This document shows, piece after piece, positions 1 to 10,239 of a stretch of DNA of 64,000 nucleotides. Each line of letters opens with the position of its first letter. The first letter of the stretch is position 1. Both the position numbers and the translations under genes were made by a program. A model generated the notes under the pieces. That model did no database searches. It was given only the letters and a program-made list of their open reading frames with translations, and was not told the DNA's origin. Source of the stretch: Polyangiales bacterium (GTDB lineage: Bacteria; Myxococcota_A; Polyangia; Polyangiales; Polyangiaceae); assembly GCA_038231275.1 (NCBI GenBank), contig JBBRLQ010000015.1:64001-128000 (forward strand), read 5' to 3'.

Positions 1-1
1 A

Positions 2-1243
2 GCGAAGGCGCCGGGTGCCATCGCGCACGAGAAGGGCCAGGTCGACCCCGCGCTCTCCGGCGCGAAGACGAAGCTCGAGGTCGAGTACGACGTCCCCTAC
101 CTCGCGCACGCTCCGATGGAGCCGCTCAACTGCGCCGTGAAGATCGACGGCGGAAAATGCGAGATCTGGACGGGCACGCAGTTCCAGACGATGGACCAAG
201 GAGCGGCCGCGAGGATCCTCGGCATCAAGCCGCAGGACGTCTCGATCCACACGACGTTCCTCGGCGGAGGCTTCGGCCGTCGCGCGACGCCTGCGTCCGA
301 CTTCGTGTCGGAGGCGGTCGTGGTCGCCAAGGCGGCCGGCGTTCCCGTCAAGACGGTATGGACCCGCGAGGACGACATCCGCGGCGGCTACTACCGCCCC
401 GCGTTCGTGCATCGCGTGCGCGCGGCCCTCGGTCCGAGCGGCGATCCGGTCGCGTGGGACCACGTCATCGTCGGCCAATCGATCGCGGCGGGAACCCCGT
501 TCGAAGGGTTCATGGTCAAAAACGGCGTCGACATCACCTCGGTCGAGGGAGTCGCCGACTCGCCGTACCTCGCGAAGACGCCGGCGATGCGCGTGTCGCT
601 CCACTCGCCGAAGACCGCGATCCCCGTCCTCTGGTGGCGCTCGGTCGGCAACACGCACACGGCGTTCGCGATGGAGTCCATGATCGACGAGCTCGCGAAC
701 CTCGCGGGCAAGGACCCGCTCGCGTACCGCCTCGCGCTCCTCGGCGAGAGCTCGCGTCACGGCGCCGCGCTCAAGCTCGCCGCCGACAAGGCCGGATGGG
801 GTACCGCTCCGCCGTCCGGCCGCGCACGCGGGCTCGCCGTGCACGAGTCGTTCGGCAGCATCATCGCGGAGGTCGCCGAGGTCTCGGTCGACAAGGGAAT
901 CATCCGCGTCCACACCGTGACGTGCGCCGTCGACTGCGGCACGGCGGTGAACCCGCTCGCCGTCGAGGCGCAGGTCCAGGGGGCCGTCGCGTTCGGCCTC
1001 ACCGCGGCGCTCCACGGCAAGCTCACGCTCGAGAAGGGGCGCGTCCTGGAGAGCAATTTCCACGACTACAAGCCGCTGCGTATGTCCGAAATGCCGCGCG
1101 TCGCGGTCCACATCATCCCCAGCAAGGCAAAAATGGGCGGGATCGGCGAGCCTGCGACGGCTCCGGTCGCGCCGGCCGTCGCCAACGCCGTCTTCGCCCT
1201 CACCAAACAACGCGTGCGCTCGCTCCCGATGCGCATCGCGTGA
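2..1243 (+). CDS. Xanthine dehydrogenase-family molybdopterin-binding subunit (isoquinoline 1-oxidoreductase beta/IorB-like), 5' truncated
   Basis: Frame open from the window start; motifs YLAHAPMEPLNC, FLGGGFGRR, WWRSVG, GGIGEP. Confidence 0.9.
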   Translation, partial: AKAPGAIAHEKGQVDPALSGAKTKLEVEYDVPYLAHAPMEPLNCAVKIDGGKCEIWTGTQFQTMDQGAAARILGIKPQDVSIHTTFLGGGFGRRATPASDFVSEAVVVAKAAGVPVKTVWTREDDIRGGYYRPAFVHRVRAALGPSGDPVAWDHVIVGQSIAAGTPFEGFMVKNGVDITSVEGVADSPYLAKTPAMRVSLHSPKTAIPVLWWRSVGNTHTAFAMESMIDELANLAGKDPLAYRLALLGESSRHGAALKLAADKAGWGTAPPSGRARGLAVHESFGSIIAEVAEVSVDKGIIRVHTVTCAVDCGTAVNPLAVEAQVQGAVAFGLTAALHGKLTLEKGRVLESNFHDYKPLRMSEMPRVAVHIIPSKAKMGGIGEPATAPVAPAVANAVFALTKQRVRSLPMRIA

Positions 1244-1254
1244 GAATCGATCCC

Positions 1255-1872
1255 ATGCGCCTCGTCCTTCCGCTCGTCCTCCCCCTCGCGCTCCTCTCAT
1301 TCGTCCTCCTGCCGTCGTGCGGCGCCAGCCCGCGCGACGCCGCGACGCCTTCCGGCCCACCGGCTTCGCGGGAGGCCGCGATCGCCGCGTTCGAGACCGT
1401 GCGCGCCGTGCTCCAGCACCCGCGTTGCCAGAACTGCCACCCCTCCGGCGACGCGCCTCTCCAAGGCGACGACGGTCGGCCGCACCTCCAGAACGTGCAG
1501 CGCGGCCCGAGCGGTGAAGGACGAGTCGGCGAAGCCTGCGCCACCTGCCACGGACCGGGAAATCTGCCGGCGAGCTACGGCGGCCACGTGCCGCCGGGTG
1601 TGGCGAAGGGCTGGAAGATGCCCCCGCCCGACATGAAGATGGTCTTCGTCGGCGTCGCGGCGGGAGCGCTCTGCGAGCAGCTCAAGGACTCGGCGCGCAA
1701 CGGCCACAAGGACATGGCGGCGCTGCGCACGCACCTCGCGAGCGATCCGCTCGTCCTCTGGGGCTGGGATCCCGGCGTGGGGCGCGCGCCGGTGCCCGTC
1801 CCTCACGACAAGCTCGTCGCCGATTTCGACACGTGGTCTAGAGCCGGCGCGCCGTGCCCCGACGCGAGGTGA
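1255..1872 (+). CDS. Diheme cytochrome c lipoprotein, IorB-associated subunit
   Basis: Hydrophobic signal ending LPSC; HPRCQNCH and CATCH heme motifs; directly after the IorB-like gene (alternative GTG start at 1240). Confidence 0.75.
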   Translation: MRLVLPLVLPLALLSFVLLPSCGASPRDAATPSGPPASREAAIAAFETVRAVLQHPRCQNCHPSGDAPLQGDDGRPHLQNVQRGPSGEGRVGEACATCHGPGNLPASYGGHVPPGVAKGWKMPPPDMKMVFVGVAAGALCEQLKDSARNGHKDMAALRTHLASDPLVLWGWDPGVGRAPVPVPHDKLVADFDTWSRAGAPCPDAR

Positions 1873-1876
1873 GCTC

Positions 1877-2680
1877 CTAGCTCGACGTCACGTCGCGCGA
1901 GGTTCCCTTGTCGCTCGCGCACGTGCCCTTGCCGCCGGTGAATGCGCAGGTCCACGTCTCAAAGCGATCCTTCACCGTGATGGTGCCGGTCTTCGCAGTG
2001 CCGTCCCACGCGGCGTCCGAGCTGACGACCACGGTGCCGTCGTTCACGCCGACCGCGAACCAGAACTTTCCGTTCAGGTACTCGAAGTCGGCGTCGATGC
2101 GCTCGTGCTCGCCCTTCACCGTCGCCGTCATGTGAAGGTCGAAGAGCATCAAGAGATCGGCCTGGCTCGGCGTGCCGATCGATTTGATCTTCGCGAACTC
2201 GGTACCGTCGATCGACGCGTCGTTCACCGTGCACGCCTCCGCACGGACCTTGAGCGTCACGTCGACGGAGCCGCCGTGGTAGTTCCTCATCGCCTGCATG
2301 CCGCTGAGATCGTAGGCGAGCGAGCCGCCGTTGGGGCACGCGCACGAGCCGGACTCCGCGCCGCTCTGGAGCGCGGGGCAGAACGACGTCCCCCCGTTCA
2401 CGTCGAGGAAGCGCAGGCTCTTCGCGGTCGTCCCTCCGCTGCCAGAGGTGCTGGTCGACGACGCGCCACCGATCCCGAAGCCGCCACCTTGCTGCGCGCG
2501 CTGCTGAGAGAGGCCAGTCAAGACCTGAGACTCACTGCCGGGAGCGAAGGTGCCGCTCGGGGCCGCGAAGCGCGCCTGGACCGCCAGGAAATCGGGCGTC
2601 GGTCCGAACGGATCGTGGGACGAGCTGGAGCAACCGACCACGCACGCGAGACCCGCGAGCACGAGCACTGAAGTATGCAT
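1877..2680 (-). CDS. Hypothetical lipoprotein
   Basis: Lipobox-like VVGC, Gly/Ser linker, paired Cys; GGAGG RBS upstream. Confidence 0.7.
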   Translation of the reverse strand: MHTSVLVLAGLACVVGCSSSSHDPFGPTPDFLAVQARFAAPSGTFAPGSESQVLTGLSQQRAQQGGGFGIGGASSTSTSGSGGTTAKSLRFLDVNGGTSFCPALQSGAESGSCACPNGGSLAYDLSGMQAMRNYHGGSVDVTLKVRAEACTVNDASIDGTEFAKIKSIGTPSQADLLMLFDLHMTATVKGEHERIDADFEYLNGKFWFAVGVNDGTVVVSSDAAWDGTAKTGTITVKDRFETWTCAFTGGKGTCASDKGTSRDVTSS

Positions 2681-2817
2681 TTTTGGAAATCCTCCGAAGA
2701 AAGCCGTCGTCGAATTGGACGGGCCTCGGGGAGGCTTTCATCAAGAGGCGTTCCGAATTGTAGGTATGAACGGTTACGGGCAGTTGCTCCTGCCGCGTGA
2801 ACGCGCGTCATCGGATC

Positions 2818-2839
2818 GGCGTGACCGCGCGGTTACGCC
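2818..2839. terminator. GC-rich hairpin downstream of the LysM gene (possible terminator)
   Basis: GGCGTGACCG-CG-CGGTTACGCC near-perfect inverted repeat; no clear U-tract. Confidence 0.25.
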
Positions 2840-2877
2840 ACGAGGTGCGCGATCGCGAAACGCGAACGCGAACGCGT

Positions 2878-4203
2878 TCAGTACCCCTTGCGGGCCACGA
2901 CCGAGTCGCCGACCTCGATCTCGCGCGAGGCGCCGGTGAGGTAGCAGGTGGAGCTGCCCTTCTTAACAGCGAGGACGCGGAGCTCGCCGACGACCTCTTC
3001 GGGGTACTGCGAGTCGTCGCGGCGCGGGATGCGCTCGGTGTCGGCGGGGCTGTCGCTCTCGAGCGCGATGCGCGTCGCGGCGCGCGGCGTGGCCATGCTC
3101 TTGTGCCACGAGTCGCCGCGCCGCACGACGAAGAGGCGGTTGCCCGGCTTGATGCCCGACGCCTCGCCCTTGTCGATGAAGACGACCTGCTGTTGCCCAT
3201 AGAACGGATGCGGCACGATGCTCGCGAGGATCTCGCCGCGCAGCTCTACCTCGTTGCGCACCGGCGGCACGACCTCGAACCTTCGCAGGATGGGCCCGAC
3301 GCGCGCGCCGCGCTCGATGGCGTCGAGCGACTCGGTCACCTGCGCGCGCGCGACGCGATCCTTCGCGTTCCACTGGTCCACCTTCACGGTGCCCTGGATT
3401 TGGATCATCTTGCCGTTGTGGACGTTCTTGATCGGACGGAAGATCGTGAGCTCCTGGCCGATCTTCACGTCGTGGTCGGGGCCGATGCGAACGTAGACTT
3501 CGTCGAAGTCGGTGAGGAACATCTTGTCCTCGCGCGCGCCGGTGATCTCTCCCCAGTTGATGGGATCGTCGTCGTCGATGAAGCCGTTGTCCCGGAGGAA
3601 GATCGTCTCCATCGGGAATTTGCGGCGGCGCTCGACGAGGTTGCCGCCGGTGGACGGGGAGGGTGTGGACGGCGTCGGGATGACCGCGTCGCCCTTCAGG
3701 CGAACTTGATCGCCCGGGTAGATCCAGTGCGGGTTCTGGATCTGCGGGTTATATGACCAAATCCGCGGCCACTGGTACGGGTTCCGGAAATACGAGTCGC
3801 AGATCCGCCAGAGCGTGTCGCCCTTCCGAACCTGGTGCACGTCGGCGTTCACGATCGCGGTGCCGTCCGAGATGCCGATGCTCGAGCCGCCGCCGAAGAC
3901 CGGACCGCGGTCGTCGCCGTGCATGGTGCCGGAGCCGCCGCTCTTCGGGCCCAGATCGAACCCGTCGCGCTCGGTGCCGGTGATGGGCCGCGACGACGAG
4001 CCGGTCGCGTTGCCGCCGCCGAGCACACCGCCGGGAGGTGGAGGCGCGACGGCTCCGCCGTAAATGGGGGCCGCAGGGGCGACGACGACCTGACCGCCTC
4101 CGCCCGCGGCGGGCGCGGCGCCGCCTGGTTGCTGCTGGGCCAGGGCAACGCCAGGAATCGCGAGCGCGAGCGCGAGCGCAATCGGAGAGATCGAGCGAAT
4201 CAT
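2878..4203 (-). CDS. LysM peptidoglycan-binding domain protein
   Basis: Signal peptide MIRSISPIALALAL; LysM motif HQVRKGDTLWRI...NPQIQNPHWIYPGD; ATGA overlap with cpoB. Confidence 0.85.
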   Translation of the reverse strand: MIRSISPIALALALAIPGVALAQQQPGGAAPAAGGGGQVVVAPAAPIYGGAVAPPPPGGVLGGGNATGSSSRPITGTERDGFDLGPKSGGSGTMHGDDRGPVFGGGSSIGISDGTAIVNADVHQVRKGDTLWRICDSYFRNPYQWPRIWSYNPQIQNPHWIYPGDQVRLKGDAVIPTPSTPSPSTGGNLVERRRKFPMETIFLRDNGFIDDDDPINWGEITGAREDKMFLTDFDEVYVRIGPDHDVKIGQELTIFRPIKNVHNGKMIQIQGTVKVDQWNAKDRVARAQVTESLDAIERGARVGPILRRFEVVPPVRNEVELRGEILASIVPHPFYGQQQVVFIDKGEASGIKPGNRLFVVRRGDSWHKSMATPRAATRIALESDSPADTERIPRRDDSQYPEEVVGELRVLAVKKGSSTCYLTGASREIEVGDSVVARKGY

Positions 4204-5123
4204 TTCGTCACCTCGCGCCGCGGGGCGGGCGCATCGCCGGTCTGTGGCTTGATTCGTCGAGAGGCCTCCGAGCGCGGGAAATCCCGCTGGAGGCGCTGGT
4301 AGGTCTGGGCCGCCTTCTGCGGGTTGCCGAGCTTCTCTTGCGACAAGCCGAGCTTGAGGAGCGCGTCGGGGACCTTGTTGCCGAGCGGAAAGCGCGTGAT
4401 GACGCCCTCGAACTGCTCCGCCGCGCGCGCGAATTCGCCCTGCGCGAAGTAGGACTCGCCGCGCCAGTACGTCGCGTTGTCGGCGTTCGGGTGGTCCGGC
4501 CATTTGACGAGGAACGCCGCGAACGCCTCGAGCGCTTGCGCGTACTGCTTGTTGTTCACGAGCGCGAGCGCCGCGTCGTACGCCTGCTTCGCGGCCGGAT
4601 CGAGCGCGGACGGTCGCGGCGCGCCGTTCTGTACCGGAGGGCCCGCGGCGCCACCGTTCGGCGCCTCGTCGGGGATCGTCTCTTCGATCTGCTGGATGCT
4701 GCTGCTGACCACGCCGCGCTTGCCGCGAACGCCGGGAATCCCCTGGATCTTGATCGACGGGCGCGGCGACGTGTCCTCGGGATCCTCGCCGTTCAGCGTG
4801 CTCGACGTCTCGGCCGACGATTGCGTCTGCTCGGCCCCGTCGGGCGAGATGTGGACGACGCGCTGGCTCGGCGTCTTGACCGGTCCGACGCCCTTCGATC
4901 GCGGCGGCGGCGGCGGGGGCTGGGCCGCAGCCTCCATCTCCGCGGAGGTGAGGCGCTTCGCGTACTTCTCGTTGTCCTCTTGGACGTACGCGAGACTTTC
5001 GCTGAGCTGCGCGAGCTGCCGCTCCTCCGCGCTCTCACCGCGAGCGCAGCCGAGCGCAGACAAGAGGAGGAGAGGCACCCCCAAGACGACGAGAGGCAGC
5101 GCCATGATCACACGCGTTCGCAT
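4200..5123 (-). CDS. cpoB: Tol-Pal system TPR protein YbgF/CpoB-like lipoprotein
   Basis: Lipobox ALGC, coiled coil, C-terminal TPRs (ADNATYWRGESYF, KVPDALLKLGLS). Confidence 0.8.
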   Translation of the reverse strand: MRTRVIMALPLVVLGVPLLLLSALGCARGESAEERQLAQLSESLAYVQEDNEKYAKRLTSAEMEAAAQPPPPPPRSKGVGPVKTPSQRVVHISPDGAEQTQSSAETSSTLNGEDPEDTSPRPSIKIQGIPGVRGKRGVVSSSIQQIEETIPDEAPNGGAAGPPVQNGAPRPSALDPAAKQAYDAALALVNNKQYAQALEAFAAFLVKWPDHPNADNATYWRGESYFAQGEFARAAEQFEGVITRFPLGNKVPDALLKLGLSQEKLGNPQKAAQTYQRLQRDFPRSEASRRIKPQTGDAPAPRREVTK

Positions 5124-5241
5124 CCCCTCGAGCGTAGGCCCGCCGCACGAGACGGGCCAATTTCTGGGTTGCACTACGCCTGAGCTGGGTCACCTTTACG
5201 CGCCCCCGAATATGGGAGACTCTTGGGACCGAGGGAGAACC

Positions 5242-6048
5242 GTGCAGCCGCGTAGACGCAGAATCGACTTGAAGAAGACCATGTTCCTTTTGCCGAACAT
5301 GATCACGCTCTCGAGCATTTTTTGCGGGTTCTACTCGATCAGCGTGAGCGCCGACGCCACGAGCGACGACGACTTCTATAAGGCCTCCGTCCTCCTCATC
5401 TTCGCCCTGTTCTTCGACATGCTCGACGGGCGGGTCGCTCGCCTCACCAAGACGCAGAGCGCGTTCGGCCTACAGATCGACTCGCTCGCGGACGTCGTGT
5501 CGTTCGGGGTTGCCCCGGGCATCCTCGTCTACAAGTACTCGCTCCACCAGCTGGGGCTCGCGGGGCTGTTCATCAGCTTCCTGTTCGCCGGCGCCGGCGC
5601 GGTGCGGCTCGCGCGCTTCAACGTGCTGTCGATGGGCGAGGGCGGAAAGCCGACCAAGCCCGGCAAATACATCTTGGGCCTCCCGGTCCCCGGCGCGGCA
5701 GGCATCCTGATCGCGCTGGTCGTCGCGAACCACGCCATCGCCGGCAACCTGGGCGGCCCTCAGTATTTGTGGCCGATGACGGCGCTGACGATCTTCCTCG
5801 CGTTCTTGATGGTGTCGACGATCAAGTTCCGCAGCTTCAAGGACCTGAAGCTGAACGCGCGCAGCGTGGCGCTCGTCTTCTTCGCGATCGGCTCGAGCGC
5901 GGTCGTGTGGGTGAAGTACAAGCCCGAGTTCGTGCTGATCTGGCTGCTCGGCTTCTACGTGCTGCTCGGCCTCGTCGAGACCCTCGTGAACCTTCCGCGT
6001 CGCCGGCAGATCGATCCGGACGCCGAACGGACCACCCTCCCGCCGTGA
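5242..6048 (+). CDS. pssA: CDP-diacylglycerol--serine O-phosphatidyltransferase
   Basis: LPNMIT; DMLDGRVARL...FGLQIDSLADVVSFGVAP CDP-alcohol phosphotransferase motif; RLARFN. Start could instead be ATG 5212. Confidence 0.9.
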   Translation: MQPRRRRIDLKKTMFLLPNMITLSSIFCGFYSISVSADATSDDDFYKASVLLIFALFFDMLDGRVARLTKTQSAFGLQIDSLADVVSFGVAPGILVYKYSLHQLGLAGLFISFLFAGAGAVRLARFNVLSMGEGGKPTKPGKYILGLPVPGAAGILIALVVANHAIAGNLGGPQYLWPMTALTIFLAFLMVSTIKFRSFKDLKLNARSVALVFFAIGSSAVVWVKYKPEFVLIWLLGFYVLLGLVETLVNLPRRRQIDPDAERTTLPP

Positions 6049-6091
6049 CCGTCGGCGCCGCCTCGCGCGCCGTGCTTTAATCCCGGTCCGG

Positions 6092-7960
6092 ATGCTCGAC
6101 GATCTCTACCACCTGCGGGAGCGCGCGCGCGTGGCGCTCGGCAAGGGCGACCTCGACGAGGCGGCGAATCTCCTCGTCAGCGCCGCCGCGCAGACGCACG
6201 TCGCCGAGCACGACTACGTGTCGGTGCTGAAGCCGCTTGTCGAGGTGCTCCTGAAGCGTGGCGACGTGCGGAGCGCGCTGTCGGTCCAGTGGTACCTCGC
6301 GTTCGGCGAATCCGACGGATGGAAGACGGCGCTCACGTTGATGCCTCACGCGCTGCCCGTCGATCGCGCGCGCACGTTGGCGGCGGCCGCGGCGGCGACG
6401 GCCGACAAGAAGGCCGAGGCCGAGTACATGGCCAACGCCGCGCGCGAAATGGAGAACGCGGGCCTCGTCGCCGCCGCTGCCATTTACCGCGAGAAGTCGC
6501 AGGATTTCCGAGGCGCGCGCGCTCTATGGTCGCGGTTGTCGCAAGTGACCGGCACCGGCGCCGACGCGTACAACGCCGCGCTCGTCCAGTTCAACCTCGC
6601 CCGCTGCGCCAAGGCGTGCGGCGATCCGCGCCAGGCGCGCGAGGCCATCGTCGCGAGCGTGCGCTTGCTGGAGGAGGCGGCCGATCACTTCGAGAGCGTC
6701 GGGCAGCGCGAGCGCGCGTTCGACTGCTTCCAAGTGCTGGTTCAGATCGGTCGCGAGGCGAAGATGTTCGAGGACGTCCTCGAGGGCTTCGTGAATTGCA
6801 TTCGGATCCTGCGCGAAGATCACCTGAAGTATTTCGCGCTCCAATATTTCGAAGACGCGCTGTCGGCGGCGAAGGACAATAAGGAGTTCTCGGCGGCGGC
6901 GACGCTCGCGCGCGAGGCCAGCGAGTATTCGCGCGCGTTGGCGATGCCGTCGGCGAGCGCGCACTACACCCTCGTGCAGGCGTCGCTCTGGCAAGACGTC
7001 GCGCGCCACCAGCTCGAACGCGGCGCGCCGCCGGAGATCGCCGAGAACGCGCTCCTCGCCGCGGTGTTGGCGTACGGCGAGGTCGGCCAGTTCGCGAAGG
7101 TCGGACAGCTCTACGGAGAGCTCTCTGCGATGGATCTCGAGCCGTCGCGCAAAGACCACTACGCGCGCGCGTCGAAGCGCTACGCCGGGGTGAAGGACGA
7201 GCCGATCGATGCGACGCCGCTGCCGTCGCACCTCCGCCAAGACAACCATTTCCCAGACGTTTGGCACGTCGACTTGCTCGAGTGGGAGCAACAAGGAAGC
7301 GCCGCCGAGGCGTGCGCCGACGTGCTGCTCGACAAGAGGTGGCCCGATCTCATTCGCCGGAAGGCGCTCCTCGCGCGCCTCACGGCGTTCGCGGTGGAAG
7401 GGAAACCGGAAGAGGCGCAGGCGGGGGCGCTTCTCGTGGGCGCGCGCGTCCGCCTCGCCGAGCAGCTCGCGCAGCTCCAGCTCTACGTGGTCCTCTCTCC
7501 GCTGGAGAAGCTCTTCGAGCGACCCGAGCGCCAAGTGAAGGCGGCGGTTTTGTCGTCGATGCAGACGCTCTTCTTCAAGCGAAGCTTCATCACCGTCCGC
7601 GCGGGGCTCCGCGACGCCGACCCCGCGATCGTCGAGCACGCCGCGCGCGCGGTGGAGGCGCTCTATTTCCAGCACGCGTTCGATCCGCTCTCGCGCATCG
7701 TGCGCGAGGCGCCGCAGCCGACGGTGCGAGCAGCGGCGCTCCGTGCCCTCGCGCGGGTCGACACGCTGGAGGCGGCGGAGTTCTTGCTGGGTGTCCTCGA
7801 GCACGGCGCGCCCGTCGATCGCACAGCCGCGCTCGAAGGCTTGAAGCGTTCGCGCGGCGCCCGGTTCGTGGAGCTCGCAAAACAATCCTTCCGCGCCTCC
7901 GGCCCCGAGGTGCAGAGCGCGATTCGGGAAGTATTCCGCGCGCGTGGCATCGCGGCCTGA
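6092..7960 (+). CDS. All-helical TPR-like plus C-terminal HEAT repeat protein
   Basis: 622 aa Ala/Leu/Glu-rich helical repeats; HEAT-like VRAAALRALARV. Confidence 0.7.
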   Translation: MLDDLYHLRERARVALGKGDLDEAANLLVSAAAQTHVAEHDYVSVLKPLVEVLLKRGDVRSALSVQWYLAFGESDGWKTALTLMPHALPVDRARTLAAAAAATADKKAEAEYMANAAREMENAGLVAAAAIYREKSQDFRGARALWSRLSQVTGTGADAYNAALVQFNLARCAKACGDPRQAREAIVASVRLLEEAADHFESVGQRERAFDCFQVLVQIGREAKMFEDVLEGFVNCIRILREDHLKYFALQYFEDALSAAKDNKEFSAAATLAREASEYSRALAMPSASAHYTLVQASLWQDVARHQLERGAPPEIAENALLAAVLAYGEVGQFAKVGQLYGELSAMDLEPSRKDHYARASKRYAGVKDEPIDATPLPSHLRQDNHFPDVWHVDLLEWEQQGSAAEACADVLLDKRWPDLIRRKALLARLTAFAVEGKPEEAQAGALLVGARVRLAEQLAQLQLYVVLSPLEKLFERPERQVKAAVLSSMQTLFFKRSFITVRAGLRDADPAIVEHAARAVEALYFQHAFDPLSRIVREAPQPTVRAAALRALARVDTLEAAEFLLGVLEHGAPVDRTAALEGLKRSRGARFVELAKQSFRASGPEVQSAIREVFRARGIAA

Positions 7961-7976
7961 CGTGTGCGACGATTCC

Positions 7977-9176
7977 ATGATGGCGCTCAAGTGGACGGCC
8001 CTCGCGGCGGCGTTCGTGCTCGTGGGTTGCTCCGACGACGGTTCGGGTGGTGCGACCGGGAGCAGCGGCTCTAGCGGGACCAGCGGGACGAGTGGCAGCA
8101 GTGGGACCAGCGGCACCAGCGGAACGAGCGGCAGCAGCGGAACCAGTGGATCGAGTGGCTCCAGCGGCACCAGCGGAACCAGCGGATCGAGTGGCTCCAG
8201 CGGTACCAGCGGCACCGACGGAGGCAACCCCAACGGCACCGGGCTCTTCCCCAGCTCGTCGATCTTCTACCAGGACATCTCCGCGGCGCCGGTCGACGCC
8301 GCATGGACCACGATCCGTCCCGCCGTCGACGCGCTCGGCGGCTTCGGCACCGGCGCCATCCAGATGAATTTCGAGATCCACGTCCTCCACGCCGACGCGG
8401 CGGTCGTGCCGCGCCCGTTCACGCAAGACGCAAACAACTTCTTCGTCGGCGAGTGCGACACCGCGCCAATCCCGGTCCCGCCCGGCGGCGCGATGGAAGC
8501 CGTGAACAACTACACGTGCGACATCGCGAACAACGACTGCCACCTCGTCGTCGTCCAAGGCAACCGCTTGTACGAGGGCTGGCGCGCGACGATCGGCGGC
8601 GGAACGGCGACCGGCAACCCTTTCATCAGCGGCTGCGTCGCGATCTGGGATCTCACCAAGGACTACTGGCAACCGGTGTCGGCCGGCGCCGTCTACAGCC
8701 GCGGAGATCACTGCGGCAGCGCCGACGCCGGGGGCTTCCCGATCGCCGCGATGCTCTTCAACGCCGACGAGGTCTCGGCCGGCGAGGTCAAGCACGCGAT
8801 CCGCTTCATCATGCCGAACGATCGGATCCGCTCCGACGTCTATGTGCACCCCGCCATCCACGCCGCCGGCAGCGGCGCGCAGGACGTCCTGCCGTACGGT
8901 GCGCGCCTGCGCCTCAAGGCAGGGACGGATCTCACGAAGCTCAAGCCGTGGGCCAAGGTCGTCGCGAAGGCGATGCAGAAGTACGGCATGTTCCTGTCCG
9001 ACGGCGGAAATCAGGCGCTCACGGCGCAGTCCGACAAATTCACGACCGCCAAGTGGGGGACCAACCTCACGCAGAACGATCTGGGCGCCTTGACGTTCGA
9101 CGACTTCGAGATGGTCGCCGGCGGCACGCGCATCCCGAAGAGCGGCAACTGCCCGCACGTCGTCCTCACGAAGTAG
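7977..9176 (+). CDS. Hypothetical lipoprotein with Ser/Gly/Thr linker and Cys-containing globular domain
   Basis: Lipobox LVGC; SSGT-type linker; domain with DCHLVVVQG, SADAGGFPI, KHAIRF, LPYGARLRLK, YGMFLSDGG. Confidence 0.75.
   Translation: MMALKWTALAAAFVLVGCSDDGSGGATGSSGSSGTSGTSGSSGTSGTSGTSGSSGTSGSSGSSGTSGTSGSSGSSGTSGTDGGNPNGTGLFPSSSIFYQDISAAPVDAAWTTIRPAVDALGGFGTGAIQMNFEIHVLHADAAVVPRPFTQDANNFFVGECDTAPIPVPPGGAMEAVNNYTCDIANNDCHLVVVQGNRLYEGWRATIGGGTATGNPFISGCVAIWDLTKDYWQPVSAGAVYSRGDHCGSADAGGFPIAAMLFNADEVSAGEVKHAIRFIMPNDRIRSDVYVHPAIHAAGSGAQDVLPYGARLRLKAGTDLTKLKPWAKVVAKAMQKYGMFLSDGGNQALTAQSDKFTTAKWGTNLTQNDLGALTFDDFEMVAGGTRIPKSGNCPHVVLTK
8061..8216 (+). repeat. Degenerate 9-bp coding repeat encoding (S/T)SG units
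   Basis: agcggcacc/agcggaacc/agtggcagc iterations translating to SSGSSGTSGTSG. Confidence 0.7.
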
Positions 9177-9189
9177 CGGAGAGGACCGC

Positions 9190-10239
9190 TCACTCGCTCG
9201 CTGCCACGGCCGTCGCCTCGGCGATGATCTTGCGGAGCTTCACGATGCTCTCCGATTCGCCCATGACGATGAGCGTCGTGCCGTCCTGGATGGTGTAGTC
9301 CGGCTCGGGGTTGTACAAAAACGAGCGATCGGCCTCGCGCACGGCGACGACCAGGACGCGCGTCTCGCGGCGGATCGGCGTGTCCTTGAGCATGAGGCCG
9401 ACGAACGACGATCCCCCGCGCACCGTGATCTCTTCGAGGCGAAGGTTCTTGTCCTTGTCGCGGAGCATCTGATCGAGGAACTCGTTCACCTCGGGGCGAA
9501 TGAGCTCGCTCGCCATGCGGCGCCCGCCGATCTGCGTCGGGCTGACGACGCTCGTGGCGCCGGCCTTGACCATCTTGGGCGCCGCGTCGTCCTCGACGAC
9601 CTTCGACACGATGCGCGCCGAGGCGTTCAGGCTGCGCGCGCTCAGGGTGACGAAGAGGTTGTCCTTGTCGTGCGTCAGCGCCGCGACGATCCCACGCGCG
9701 GCCTTGATCCCGGCGGCGACCAGCACATGATCGTCGGTCGCGTCGCCGTGGATGTAGAGCATCTTGCCGGCGCACAGCTCGTCGCTCATTCGCTGCAAGT
9801 GCGGCTCGTTGCGGTCGATGACGACGAACGGTGTGTGCGTCGCGAGGAGCTCTTCGATGACGTGCTTGCCGGTGGAGCCTGCGCCGGCGACCACGATATG
9901 ACTGGTGAGCGAGGCGATCTGCTTGCGCATGCGATTTCTCCGGAGAGCCTGCCCGATGACGCCTTCGACGAGGAGGGCGGTCAAGTTGCCTTGGACGTAT
10001 GCGAGGGCGCCGACGCCGCTGATGATGAGGGCGATGGTGAGCGCGCGCGCACCAGGCACCTCGCCCATGTGCGACAGCTCCCCGAAGCCGACGGTGGAGA
10101 GCGTGATGACCGTCATGTAGACGCACTCGAAGAAGCGCCAGCGCCCGTGGCCGAGGAAGAAGAAGCCGACCGAGCCCGCAAACACCAGCGTGACGAGCAC
10201 CGCCAGCGCGGCGATCATCCGGCGGAGGAGGGCGTTCAT
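9190..10239 (-). CDS. Potassium channel protein with TrkA-N/TrkA-C (RCK) domains
   Basis: Two TM helices with TLSTVGFGE filter; GAGSTG Rossmann fold; GDATDD. Confidence 0.9.
   Translation of the reverse strand: MNALLRRMIAALAVLVTLVFAGSVGFFFLGHGRWRFFECVYMTVITLSTVGFGELSHMGEVPGARALTIALIISGVGALAYVQGNLTALLVEGVIGQALRRNRMRKQIASLTSHIVVAGAGSTGKHVIEELLATHTPFVVIDRNEPHLQRMSDELCAGKMLYIHGDATDDHVLVAAGIKAARGIVAALTHDKDNLFVTLSARSLNASARIVSKVVEDDAAPKMVKAGATSVVSPTQIGGRRMASELIRPEVNEFLDQMLRDKDKNLRLEEITVRGGSSFVGLMLKDTPIRRETRVLVVAVREADRSFLYNPEPDYTIQDGTTLIVMGESESIVKLRKIIAEATAVAASE

Noticed and set aside
2853..2880. CGCGAA microrepeat after the LysM gene
   Set aside because: Only three or four short copies in GC-rich DNA, not seen as a dispersed family in this window
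8061..8216. Short repeats as CRISPR or a contingency locus
   Set aside because: In-frame degenerate codon repeats encoding a Ser/Gly/Thr linker; no spacers and no cas genes
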